Counted from the first letter of the stretch, positions 9,185-17,547 are shown. The stretch: DNA of 50,864 bases from Thermoguttaceae bacterium (GCA_039680305.1 JBDKTH010000436.1:1-50864); one strand, 5' to 3'. Notes: a model not told the origin generated them from the sequence alone. Made by a program: numbers and translations.

Positions 9185-9233
9185 CCAGCGAGCGGAGGCT
9201 CCAGCCGTTTCCGCTCGCTGGCGTTTTTGTTTC
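9185..9233 (+). terminator. Rho-independent terminator after the AAA+ gene
   Basis: CCAGCGAGCGGA / TCCGCTCGCTGG 12-bp stem, followed by CGTTTTTGTTT. Confidence 0.75.
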
Positions 9234-9278
9234 GTGAATTGTGAATCCTAAACTCTCTTCCTTCATGGAGAAAGACGT

Positions 9279-10220
9279 ATGAGTACCTTGCTCGATGATC
9301 GTCGCCCGACAAGCGCCTCCTCGGCCCAGCGGCTGCGAGCGACGATGGCCGCGATGCGGCTTGCGTTCACTTGGTTTGGAACGCGGAAGTCGTTGACCCA
9401 GGAACAGAAGACTCAGGCGGCCGACACGTTCGGGGCCGAGGGAGCGTTCTTAAGCGCCGGCAAAAAGCTGGTCGACACGAAGCACCCGGCCTTTCGGGCG
9501 GTGACCACGGTCCGCAATCGGGCCCACGCCTATTTCAAGGGCGTCTCCTTGCCCTATCCCGAGCCGGGCATCCGGCTCGTGAAGCAAGACGAGATCGAAA
9601 CGATCAACGCCCAGATGATCGAGATCCGCGACGCGCTCGAAGAGGCTGTCGCGGGGCTCGACCGGCGTTATGGCGAGCTAAAGCGTGCCGCGTGTCAGCG
9701 TCTTGGCAGCCTCTATAGCGAAGAGGACTACCCGGCGACGCTTCGGGACCTCTTCGCCATAAGCTGGGATTTTCCCAGCCTGGAGGCCCCCGCGTATCTG
9801 GCCCAACTTAATCCTCAGCTCTACGAGGAGGAGTGCCGCCGGGTCCACGAGCGGTTCGACGAGGCCGTTCGGCTGGCCGAAGAGACGTTCACCAGCGAAC
9901 TGACCCGATTGGTCAGCCATCTAACCGAGCGGCTCTCGGGGCAGGAGGACGGCAAGCCCAAGATCTTTCGTGACTCGGCCGTCGAGAACCTCACCGAGTT
10001 CTTCGCCCGGTTCCGTCACCTGAACGTCCGTTCGAGCGAACAGCTCGACCGGTTGGTGGCCGACGCCCAGCGGATCATTCGCGGGATTGCACCGCAGGAG
10101 TTGCGAGACAACGCCAGCCTGCGTCAGCACGTCGCCACGGAGATGTCGCGGGTCGAAAGCGTGCTTGATGGCCTCTTGGTCGATCGGCCCCGGCGGAACA
10201 TCCTTCGTCGCCCCAGGTAA
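9279..10220 (+). CDS. Conserved hypothetical, tentatively DUF3150-like
   Basis: 313 aa, largely helical. LAFTWFGTRKSLTQEQ...LSAGKKLVDTKHPAFRAV...IRDALEEAV...FAISWDFPSL resembles what I recall of DUF3150 from ICE/plasmid backbones. Confidence 0.6.
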   Translation: MSTLLDDRRPTSASSAQRLRATMAAMRLAFTWFGTRKSLTQEQKTQAADTFGAEGAFLSAGKKLVDTKHPAFRAVTTVRNRAHAYFKGVSLPYPEPGIRLVKQDEIETINAQMIEIRDALEEAVAGLDRRYGELKRAACQRLGSLYSEEDYPATLRDLFAISWDFPSLEAPAYLAQLNPQLYEEECRRVHERFDEAVRLAEETFTSELTRLVSHLTERLSGQEDGKPKIFRDSAVENLTEFFARFRHLNVRSSEQLDRLVADAQRIIRGIAPQELRDNASLRQHVATEMSRVESVLDGLLVDRPRRNILRRPR

Positions 10221-10235
10221 TCGAGGAGGTGTTTT

Positions 10236-10481
10236 ATGCAGCTAGTTGTCGAGCCACGCGGGGTGGTCCGGTGCCTCTACGAGGAAATGATCGAACTGCA
10301 GGCCCTGGGCAGCCCCGTTATTTCTCGTGCCTCCCAGGTCGAGCCGGACGAGCAGGGACGTTGGTGGGCCGACTTGGCCCCCGTGGGCGGTCCGGTGCTG
10401 GGGCCCTTTGATCGGCGTAGCGAGGCCCTCCTCGCCGAACGCCAGTGGCTTGAAGGGCACTGGATTGCCAAGCCGACGTGA
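10236..10481 (+). CDS. Small conserved hypothetical (81 aa)
   Basis: GAGGAGG RBS. VRCLYEEMIELQALGSPVISRASQVEPDEQGRWWADL resembles small proteins seen in integrative elements and plasmids. Confidence 0.6.
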   Translation: MQLVVEPRGVVRCLYEEMIELQALGSPVISRASQVEPDEQGRWWADLAPVGGPVLGPFDRRSEALLAERQWLEGHWIAKPT

Positions 10482-10561
10482 CGGAATAGGGCGCTTCGGG
10501 CTGCGAAGCCGAGCACTTCCGTCCCCGGCCCTTCTCTCTTTGTTCGTAGCGAATCGTCGTT

Positions 10562-10603
10562 CCACCACCGGAGTCCCAAGGATCCGGTGGTGGTTTTGTT
10601 TTC
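10562..10603 (+). terminator. Rho-independent terminator
   Basis: CCACCACCGGA / TCCGGTGGTGG 11-bp stem, followed by TTTTGTTTTC. Confidence 0.75.
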
Positions 10604-10643
10604 TGGAAACCCGTTTCTCGTTTTGCATATCAGGAGTCCTTCC

Positions 10644-10841
10644 ATGCCCCAATCCGATCTGAACCGTGCCGTCGCCCGGGCCACCGGTGAATCCCTCGCG
10701 ATGATCGCCCGCATGGGCTTCGTTCCCCTGACGCCCTCGCCCGTCGAACGGGAGCCCCTCGTGGTCGACTGGGATGAGTTGGATTCTGGGCGCACAAGCT
10801 ATCTGCCCCAGCGCTTGCGCCGACGCCGAGCGTCCGCCTGA
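10644..10841 (+). CDS. Small hypothetical protein (65 aa)
   Basis: AGGAG RBS. MPQSDLNRAVARATGESLAMIARMGFVPL... with an Arg-rich C-terminus. Confidence 0.4.
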   Translation: MPQSDLNRAVARATGESLAMIARMGFVPLTPSPVEREPLVVDWDELDSGRTSYLPQRLRRRRASA

Positions 10842-10969
10842 TCCTTGCGGGGCCGGTGCCTCGCGTGGCAGCCGTTCCAGACGGATGTCCCTACCTTGGT
10901 CCTCGCTTGCAGGGCAAAACCAAGACGCGTCCGTTCGCCCGAGCCCCGCGGACTTGTGGAACCGGACGA

Positions 10970-11006
10970 ACACCAACCAGGCGGCCCTCGGTCGCCTGGT
11001 TGGTGT
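10970..11006. repeat. Perfect 14-bp inverted repeat (extendable to about 17 bp) forming a strong hairpin without a T-tract
   Basis: ACACCAACCAGGCG (10970-10983) and CGCCTGGTTGGTGT (10993-11006). Confidence 0.85.
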
Positions 11007-11076
11007 CTCGATGCGGCATCTCTCACCCAGTCCGGTTTCCCGGGAACTGGGTGGTTGCGTCTCTTCTTTCAACCCC

Positions 11077-11817
11077 ATGGAGATTTCCCTCATGATCCAT
11101 CGCGATCCCGTTCCACGTCGCCGGTTTGGGCCGTTTCTACGCGGCCTCCAGACCTTGAGGAACGCTTGGCGAAGCGAAGCCAACCCGATCGTCATCCCAC
11201 CCGAGCCACAACTTCTTGTTGTCGTGGAAGGAACGCACGACATCGAATTCTTGCGACGCATTAGCGTCATCGTCCATGCCGCCGAGCCGAGTCTGCCCGA
11301 CCTTGCCGACCTCGAGCGGCGAGGGAAGGTGCTGTTCGTCCCCTTCGGCGGCGGCGACTCCCTGTCCTGGACGCTCCGCTTGGCCGGGCTCAACCGCCGG
11401 GAGTTCCATCTCTACGACCGAGACGTGCCACCGGCAACGGAAGCCCGCCTACGGGCGGCGGCGTTGGTCAATGGCCGGCCTGGATGCCACGCCGTGGTGA
11501 CCAACAAGCGGAGCCTGGAAAACTACCTCGACTCGCGCGCCGTGTTCGAGGCCAGCGGCCTGGAGGTGGCCTTTTCCGATGACGACCACGTCGCGGACCT
11601 GGTCGCCCGTGCTGCCTATGCGCACCAGGTGCCGCCAATGCCTTGGGATGAACTGCCAGCGCGCAGTCGCAAACGGCGCCGCGACAAAGTCAAAAAGTGG
11701 CTCAACACGAAGGCCGTGGATCGGATGACGCCGGAGCGACTGCACCCGCGCGACCCGGACGGCGAGATTCGCTCCTGGCTTGAGAGGATCGCCACGCTAG
11801 CCAGCGGCGACATGTAG
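11077..11817 (+). CDS. Stand-alone TOPRIM protein of the OLD/DUF4435 type (alternative start 11092)
   Basis: LLVVVEGTHDIEFL (Toprim Glu), FVPFGGGD, HLYDRD (DxD), TNKRSLENYL (OLD/DUF4435-like ..IENYL). No ATPase domain in the ORF. Confidence 0.7.
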   Translation: MEISLMIHRDPVPRRRFGPFLRGLQTLRNAWRSEANPIVIPPEPQLLVVVEGTHDIEFLRRISVIVHAAEPSLPDLADLERRGKVLFVPFGGGDSLSWTLRLAGLNRREFHLYDRDVPPATEARLRAAALVNGRPGCHAVVTNKRSLENYLDSRAVFEASGLEVAFSDDDHVADLVARAAYAHQVPPMPWDELPARSRKRRRDKVKKWLNTKAVDRMTPERLHPRDPDGEIRSWLERIATLASGDM

Positions 11818-12176
11818 CGGGTGGGGACTCGCCGGTTCGACCGGTAGCCAAGCTCATCGGACTGTTCTTCCACAAGCCCATTCACTTCTGCCCTTCCAGG
11901 AGCGATTCCGTGAATCCCATTTCCCGTCATTGGGCGTCTGCCTTGCGAGCCGTGCTTCGCCAAGCAAAGTTCGTGCCCTGTGGTCTCATTCATCGCGGGC
12001 CGCGCGGCGCTCCGCGCCAACGCAAATCTTGCCCACGTTACCGTCGCCGGCGACGCCGTCGGCGAAGACATGGGCAAGAAGGGAAAGTCCGTTCCTCGCG
12101 TGCCGAACGGACCGTCCCCGCCGACGAAAGCCTCGCTACGTCCCACATCCCGTTCCTAGGCGAAAGGAACCCAATC

Positions 12177-12554
12177 GTGACCGAAACAAGACCCAGAAAG
12201 CCTCGCAGTCAGGCCGAGGTGCTCCAACACCTGCCGTGCCTCGTGGCGCACCTGATCGCCCAGAGCCTGGGCTACTTCACCCCGGAGGCGGCCGCCAACG
12301 CGATCGCCTCCTATTCACGAGGCGAAGCGTTCTTCTGCGAATGGTACTTCGACTGGGCCCATAAGCGATGCTCTGGTACGAGGTGCGTCGATCTGCGCGA
12401 CACGGTGCGCGAGGTGGGCAGGTTGGCCCTCCAAAGCGCGGTGCAACAGCGCAGGCATCACCGAGGCCCGATGAACAAGTTCCAACAGGCCCTCGCGCTG
12501 GTGCGGCACGTTCGCCAAGGCAGCCATGGGCCGCTCTACGCCTCGTGGTTCTGA
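12177..12554 (+). CDS. Hypothetical protein, GTG start uncertain
   Basis: The upstream part of ORF 11910..12554 is an Arg-run and looks non-coding. From 12177 the text is protein-like (LPCLVAHLIAQSLGYFTPEAAANAIASYSRGEAFFCEWYFDW). Confidence 0.35.
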   Translation: MTETRPRKPRSQAEVLQHLPCLVAHLIAQSLGYFTPEAAANAIASYSRGEAFFCEWYFDWAHKRCSGTRCVDLRDTVREVGRLALQSAVQQRRHHRGPMNKFQQALALVRHVRQGSHGPLYASWF

Positions 12555-12707
12555 TCCCTGGCTCCTTGCCCTCAAACAGTGCCACGGTGACGGCGAATCC
12601 TTGGCTGGCTCGTCACCGACGTCGGCACAGTCCCTCCGCCCCCCTCCTGGCAACGATGGTTTTCCACACGGGGTTGACGCTTCCATGAACGTTTTGAGGA
12701 CATCACC

Positions 12708-13145
12708 ATGCAATTCTCGATCATCTATTCGGTCGATTGTCCCGCGGACCAGGATATCGACCGATTTGCTCCCCCTGAGGTTGAGAAGCTCTGGGAGCAG
12801 ACCGAAGGCGACGCGCAGTACGAATATGGCTACCTCGAAGGTCGCTGGCTCAAAGGACACCACCGCCAGTGGTGTGCCCTTTTAAGCCGCAAGCAGTTCG
12901 ACGCATTTATCGCCCGTCTGGGGCTCGTCGCGGAACACACCGAGACGATGGGCAGCCTCGGGGCTCCTGGCTTCGGCCTTGGCTGGGCTCCCGCCCTTGC
13001 ATTCTCGGGCGAGGATCCCGATGCGATTCAGTGTGCCTACGTCACGCCGATTCCTGAGATCCGCAAAGAGGCGTGGGACGATGATGATTGGCGACGCGTG
13101 AAAGCCGCCGTCTTGACCGTCTATGGTAAAGAGGCTTTGTCTTAA
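12708..13145 (+). CDS. Hypothetical protein (145 aa)
   Basis: ATG start with balanced, acidic composition (MQFSIIYSVDCPADQDIDRFAPPEVEKLWEQTEGDAQYEYGYLEGRW...). No family recognised. Confidence 0.55.
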   Translation: MQFSIIYSVDCPADQDIDRFAPPEVEKLWEQTEGDAQYEYGYLEGRWLKGHHRQWCALLSRKQFDAFIARLGLVAEHTETMGSLGAPGFGLGWAPALAFSGEDPDAIQCAYVTPIPEIRKEAWDDDDWRRVKAAVLTVYGKEALS

Positions 13146-13393
13146 GCCCCGCTTGGACGCGCAGAGCTGTTTGCGTCACAGGGCACCGAATCGACCACCG
13201 GAAAGGAGGAAGACCGCGTGTACACCCAGTTCCTTGCTTTGGCGTACCGGAAAGCCAACGTCGGTCAGCGGAGTTTGTCCCGTGGCAACCAGCCACCACC
13301 TGTCCGAAAGGATGCTCCAAGGAGCGATCGGCATCCCTGGCTTCGAACCTTGGTTTCCACACAAGATCCCCAACGAGGGGAGAGTACATCACA

Positions 13394-13699
13394 ATGCTAC
13401 CGAACCACCGCACCCTGAAATTTCCGCTCGGCCAGATCCTGGCCACTCCCGGTGCCCTCAGGGCCTTGCAGGAGAGCGGACAGTCGCCCCAATTCTTCCT
13501 CGCTCGTCACGTCCGTGGGGACTGGGGCGAACTCGGCGACGAGGACAAGACACGCAACGATCAGGCCCTGGTGGACGGGAGTCGGCTCCTGTCGGCCTAC
13601 CGCACCCTAAAAGGCGTCAAGCTCTGGATCATCACCGAAGCGGCCGACGACGACGGTCACCGGTCGGCCACAACGTGTCTTTTGCCCGAGGAGTATTGA
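13394..13699 (+). CDS. Small conserved plasmid/ICE-associated protein (101 aa)
   Basis: LARHVRGDWGELGDEDKTRNDQALVDGSRLLSAY...LWIITEAADDDGHRSATTCLLPEEY matches a widespread family (RH..GDWGD...D...N..A...G.R..S.Y...IWIITE...TT.LLPEEY) of unknown function. Confidence 0.7.
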   Translation: MLPNHRTLKFPLGQILATPGALRALQESGQSPQFFLARHVRGDWGELGDEDKTRNDQALVDGSRLLSAYRTLKGVKLWIITEAADDDGHRSATTCLLPEEY

Positions 13700-14214
13700 A
13701 TCCGCACGGAAACGGGCTCCGCTTCCAGGAAGCGTAGGGATCGGCGAGCGACGCTCTCTGGGTAATTCAAGACGGTCCGCGGTGTCTTGGTTGAGCGTAC
13801 AACCAAGACTGCCTCACAGCCTCGCGTTTGGTGCCCTAGAAAGGGACCCAGGCATCCGCATCGCTGCTCCATCCAAAGATGCGTTCGATCTGGCGGCAGC
13901 CGTGTGAATCGGCGGCGCCATCGCTGTAGGCGACATCCGCTTGAAAGGTCGCCAGCCGCATTCGCCTCTTTCCTAGCCGGGGGTTCCACCGCGTCACGCT
14001 CATCGCCAACGATAAGCGTCGACACGGTGGGCCCCTCGCACGGACCATCCTTCCAAGGCATCTTGACCCTTTTCTTAGCTATCCGGGAAAGTGCGACACC
14101 GCTTCCTAGCGCGACAGGAAAGGCTACTCAGCCCGCGCCGACATGGGATAGAACGGATCACTCCCGGGGTTGTTCACGTTCGGAATCTCCTTCAGTGCTT
14201 GAACCGCCGGCCGG

Positions 14215-16914
14215 TCATTTTTCCCTGGGAATCTTGAGCGAGCAGCCCGCGTCCGCCACAGGCTTGACCAGAAACCCTTTGAAAACAACGACTCCATTAC
14301 CGGGATTCCGGAGGCCATCGATGATTGACATCGCAATCTGCTGCGGATTCGTAGTTCCCCAATAGTTGCCTTGGCAGTAATAGTCCTGTGGTGTTTTCAC
14401 CTCGATCACTGGCCCGCGATGGTTCACAAGGTTCGAACTCTTTACGACGACATGACCCTCGTAGAGGCTGGACTTGATGCCAATTGTATTGTTAGCAAGG
14501 AGACAGGACGTGAGCGTCACGCTGCCATAATACGCCAAGTTGATCCCGATGCCGCCGTTGTTGGCAATCGTGCAGTGGTCCAGTTCCACGTGGCTTAAAT
14601 GAAACGTGATCCCATCTGTGACGCTACTGGCGATCAGGCAGTTGTGAAACCGAATCAAGGGCTTGTTGTTTCGCTTCGTCTCGACACCCACCTTGTTCTG
14701 CAGAAACAGGCATTCCTTGATTTCAACCTCGACACCCTCGTCGATATGCAATCCGCGATTGGCCCCCCGCACGTCGAATCGTTCCAAGACCTGCTTGCTC
14801 TCGCGTTCCAAGGAGAGCTTGTCCCATCCACCCTGCGGTAATGCGGGGCGAAACCGCACGAATCCTTCTCCTTCCCCGTAGGAACTCAAGGGGCCGCGGG
14901 CCAGGATCGCCGCCCCGGGGGCGGCGAGGATCGTGGTGCCGCGTTCGATGGAGAGGGCCCCGTGGGACGTAATTGTGACACGTCCCATGAGTTTGTAGGG
15001 ACCGCCCTGGCGGGGAAGGCGAAGCTCCTGGTCGATCGTCTCAGGGATCACCTTGCCCGGCATCTTCGCAGGCGTGCGTTCCCGGCCCGTTGGGTCGGTA
15101 TCGGCGAGATGCCCTGGGGCCTTCTCGCGCTGGCCGGGGCCGCCGTCATCGTTGGGCATGCCGGGTTCTTCGCTTCCAGCGACGAACTCCGCCAGACGCT
15201 TCTCGACCCGTGTCTTCGTCAGGCCCGTTAGCCCGGGCAAGGCTTGGTCGTACCAGTAGCCGGCGCGCCGAAGGAGTCCCTTTCGGCTTTCTCCCCTCGC
15301 CCCTTGGCTCTGCTCCCACCAGGCATCGGCCAGCTTGACTTGGCCCTCCGAATCCTTCGGCGGCACTGACAATTCCTCCTCGGCGAGGGCCTTGAGGACC
15401 GGATCGCTCCCCTTGGCCAAATGGAAGAGGCCCTGTGGCCAGTTCCATTTGACCAAGCAGTACCAGCGGCCCAAGGCGAGATGGGCTGCCGCATCGGCAG
15501 TGCTCGTCTTCAAGGTGACCTGAGCCTCCTGGGCCTCCTCCCACTGCTCCAGAAGCTCTTGGACCTGCGCGCGACGGTCGTGAATCCGCTTGCGGTGGGA
15601 TCGGCCTTGGGGCTTTTGGCACAAGCGTTGGGCCGTGTTGAGAAGCTCCAGGGCCAACGCATACCGGTCCTCGGTCAGGGCAGAATCGACGACCCCGTCC
15701 ACGTTCTCCAAAAATGACGGAACCCGCGCCGGCTCGCTGCCGCTGGCAGCGAACCGGGTCAGAACCTTCTCTTTGACCGAGAGAACATCGACAGCAAAAT
15801 CGGCCCCGATCAGGTCGACCGCCTGGAGCATGAGTGCCGCATCGCCCCCTTCGCTGGCGAGTTCCATCGCCCGGCGCAAGAGGACGAACCGTTCGTCCAG
15901 GTGATCTTGGGAGATCTTGGCCCGCTTGACCAGTTCCCGAGTGAGGCGGCACTTCTCTTCACTCGAGTTCGCCTCGCTGAGCCGGTAGACTTCCTCCAAC
16001 TCCGCGAGGATCTTCGCTTGGATGTCCTCAGCGGGGAGCGGCGTCTTGTGGGGCGATCTTGCTGCTGGTGGTGGGTCTGGTTTTGGCTTCTTCATTCCCG
16101 CGACGCTTTGAGGCTCGCTTGCTGCCGGACTTGGCGGGGCGGTGGGAGCCGGCAGGGGTTTGGACGCTGCGTTTTTGACGGTGTGCTGGACCTGCGGGGA
16201 ACGGAGGGCTTGAGACTTGCTGGCCTCCGTCGTCGGTATCACCGGAGCCGTAGTCGGCGAGATGGCCTTCGGTTCTCGACGGGATTTAGGAGAGCGAGCC
16301 GGGGACGGTTCGGGATCGGACTGCAGGAGGACTGGGGAGACCAATCGAGTGGATTGCGGAGGGAAAGTTGGCTCATTCGAGCCAGCCTGGGCGACGGTCC
16401 TCGGCGAGGTTGGTCCGTGTGTGGAGTTCTGTAGCCAGACGAGACCGCCAGCCACAAGCAGAACGCCAGCGATGAGTATGTGAATCACAATCGCGGTGGG
16501 CTTGGAGTTGGCTCGCTTGCCCTCCAAAGACGTCCAAACGTCGCCAGGGCGGACGTCCAAGGGCGAGAAGTCGGCCAGATCCGGGCCCACATCGTTCCCG
16601 CTGCTTTGTCGTCGGGCAGGATCCTTGCCGACATCCCGATCGCGGCGGAGGATCGTATCGTAGGCGGCTTTCTTCTCCCCATTCAAGAGACAGATCCTGG
16701 CTGCTGCGACCTGATTCAGTAGCGTCTGCGACCATTCTGCATGGGGACCCGTTTGGAATGTCCGCAAATGGGCCATCTGCCGGTCGGCTGCCATCTCGAT
16801 GACAACGGGATCGTTTTCGAAAGGCTGGAGCCCCAACAGCCGGTAATGGTTGGGCGGCTGTTCATTGGGCGGGATGCCCAACCAACGGTGATAGGGATCA
16901 AAGGGTTGGTTCAT
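14215..16914 (-). CDS. J-domain-like membrane protein with Pro-rich linker and C-terminal parallel beta-helix repeats
   Basis: GAGGAGGAG RBS. N-terminus MNQPFDPYHRWLGIPP...HYRLLGL, TM helix AIVIHILIAGVLLVAGGLVWL, Pro/Ala/Ser-rich spacer. C-terminus has NNGGIGINLAYYGSVTLTSCLLANNTIGIKSS repeats. Confidence 0.85.
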   Translation of the reverse strand: MNQPFDPYHRWLGIPPNEQPPNHYRLLGLQPFENDPVVIEMAADRQMAHLRTFQTGPHAEWSQTLLNQVAAARICLLNGEKKAAYDTILRRDRDVGKDPARRQSSGNDVGPDLADFSPLDVRPGDVWTSLEGKRANSKPTAIVIHILIAGVLLVAGGLVWLQNSTHGPTSPRTVAQAGSNEPTFPPQSTRLVSPVLLQSDPEPSPARSPKSRREPKAISPTTAPVIPTTEASKSQALRSPQVQHTVKNAASKPLPAPTAPPSPAASEPQSVAGMKKPKPDPPPAARSPHKTPLPAEDIQAKILAELEEVYRLSEANSSEEKCRLTRELVKRAKISQDHLDERFVLLRRAMELASEGGDAALMLQAVDLIGADFAVDVLSVKEKVLTRFAASGSEPARVPSFLENVDGVVDSALTEDRYALALELLNTAQRLCQKPQGRSHRKRIHDRRAQVQELLEQWEEAQEAQVTLKTSTADAAAHLALGRWYCLVKWNWPQGLFHLAKGSDPVLKALAEEELSVPPKDSEGQVKLADAWWEQSQGARGESRKGLLRRAGYWYDQALPGLTGLTKTRVEKRLAEFVAGSEEPGMPNDDGGPGQREKAPGHLADTDPTGRERTPAKMPGKVIPETIDQELRLPRQGGPYKLMGRVTITSHGALSIERGTTILAAPGAAILARGPLSSYGEGEGFVRFRPALPQGGWDKLSLERESKQVLERFDVRGANRGLHIDEGVEVEIKECLFLQNKVGVETKRNNKPLIRFHNCLIASSVTDGITFHLSHVELDHCTIANNGGIGINLAYYGSVTLTSCLLANNTIGIKSSLYEGHVVVKSSNLVNHRGPVIEVKTPQDYYCQGNYWGTTNPQQIAMSIIDGLRNPGNGVVVFKGFLVKPVADAGCSLKIPREK

Positions 16915-17066
16915 CGTGCTCCTCCTCGGTCGTTAGGATCGTTTGGCGGCCGTCCTCGCCTCCCAGCGAAATCAGTTCGTTGTCGATAGAGCCGTCGATG
17001 CGTCTTAATGCACTTCTGAATTGGCATCTCGCAACGATGCCTCGCGATTCGAGACCTCCGGGAAGC

Positions 17067-17528
17067 CTATTCGTCACTTCGCTGAAACGCTCCGCCCTCG
17101 ATCGATCGATAGTGCTCCGTAAGGCCCTTCTCCGTCTTCTGGTCCTGTTTTGGCATTTGCTCATACCACCCGTACTCCAAGAGCCCGCTCCGAAAGCGGC
17201 ACTGAGCGATTTCGCCAGAGGGGCCGTCTTCGGCGAACTGCAACCAAGTACGGCCATCGGACTGGCGCTCAGTCACCGAGAAGGAACGCACCAAGGTGCG
17301 ATCGCCGGTAAGCAGGGTGACCGTGTTGCCCTTGAAGACGAGGATTTTGGGCTCGCGATCGACAAACGTCGAGAGATACTCCTGATACTGCTCGTCCGTG
17401 ATCTTGTCGAACCACTCACGCGGTGTCGGGACCTCGACCCACGTCCCCTGCAACTTGCTCAGATCGGAGGTCCCGCCACAGCCACCGAGGAGAGCCAAGA
17501 GCAAGCACAACACGCTAAACCGTCGCAT
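17067..17528 (-). CDS. Lipoprotein, lipocalin-like (planctomycete 'LQGTW' type)
   Basis: MRRFSVLCLLLALLGGC lipobox, then DLSKLQGTWVEV.... Confidence 0.7.
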   Translation of the reverse strand: MRRFSVLCLLLALLGGCGGTSDLSKLQGTWVEVPTPREWFDKITDEQYQEYLSTFVDREPKILVFKGNTVTLLTGDRTLVRSFSVTERQSDGRTWLQFAEDGPSGEIAQCRFRSGLLEYGWYEQMPKQDQKTEKGLTEHYRSIEGGAFQRSDE

Positions 17529-17547
17529 GGAAGGCTCCATGGGTAGG

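Larger units (their letters stand above)
1125..13699 (+). mobile_element. Putative integrative genomic island (recombination module plus cargo); ends and att sites not identified
   Basis: Xis-like, Tyr integrase and large Ser recombinase are followed by uniformly +-strand cargo of plasmid/ICE-type hypotheticals. The flanks carry decayed coding remnants (638-939, 13836-14061). From 14.2 kb the strand and gene type switch. Confidence 0.5.

Noticed and set aside
10242-11393. 383-aa minus-strand ORF spanning several island genes
   Set aside because: It is low-complexity and R/G/P/S-rich, crosses two terminator hairpins, and lies antisense to better-supported +-strand ORFs with SD sites.
11910-12176. 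N-terminal part of ORF 11910-12554, including a run of nine Arg
   Set aside because: The Arg run arises from GC palindromes (CGTCGCCGGCGACG). The composition is non-protein-like, and only the portion from about 12177 was retained, at low confidence.
13330-13375. tRNA-like string GGCTTCGAACC
   Set aside because: The flanking bases cannot form a T-stem on either strand, and no cloverleaf can be drawn.
13218-13418. 66-aa ORF with a strong AAGGAGG site and a GTG start
   Set aside because: The peptide is Arg/Pro/Gln-rich, overlaps the start of the well-supported 13394 gene, and has no recognisable features. It could still be a leader peptide, but this is unsupported.
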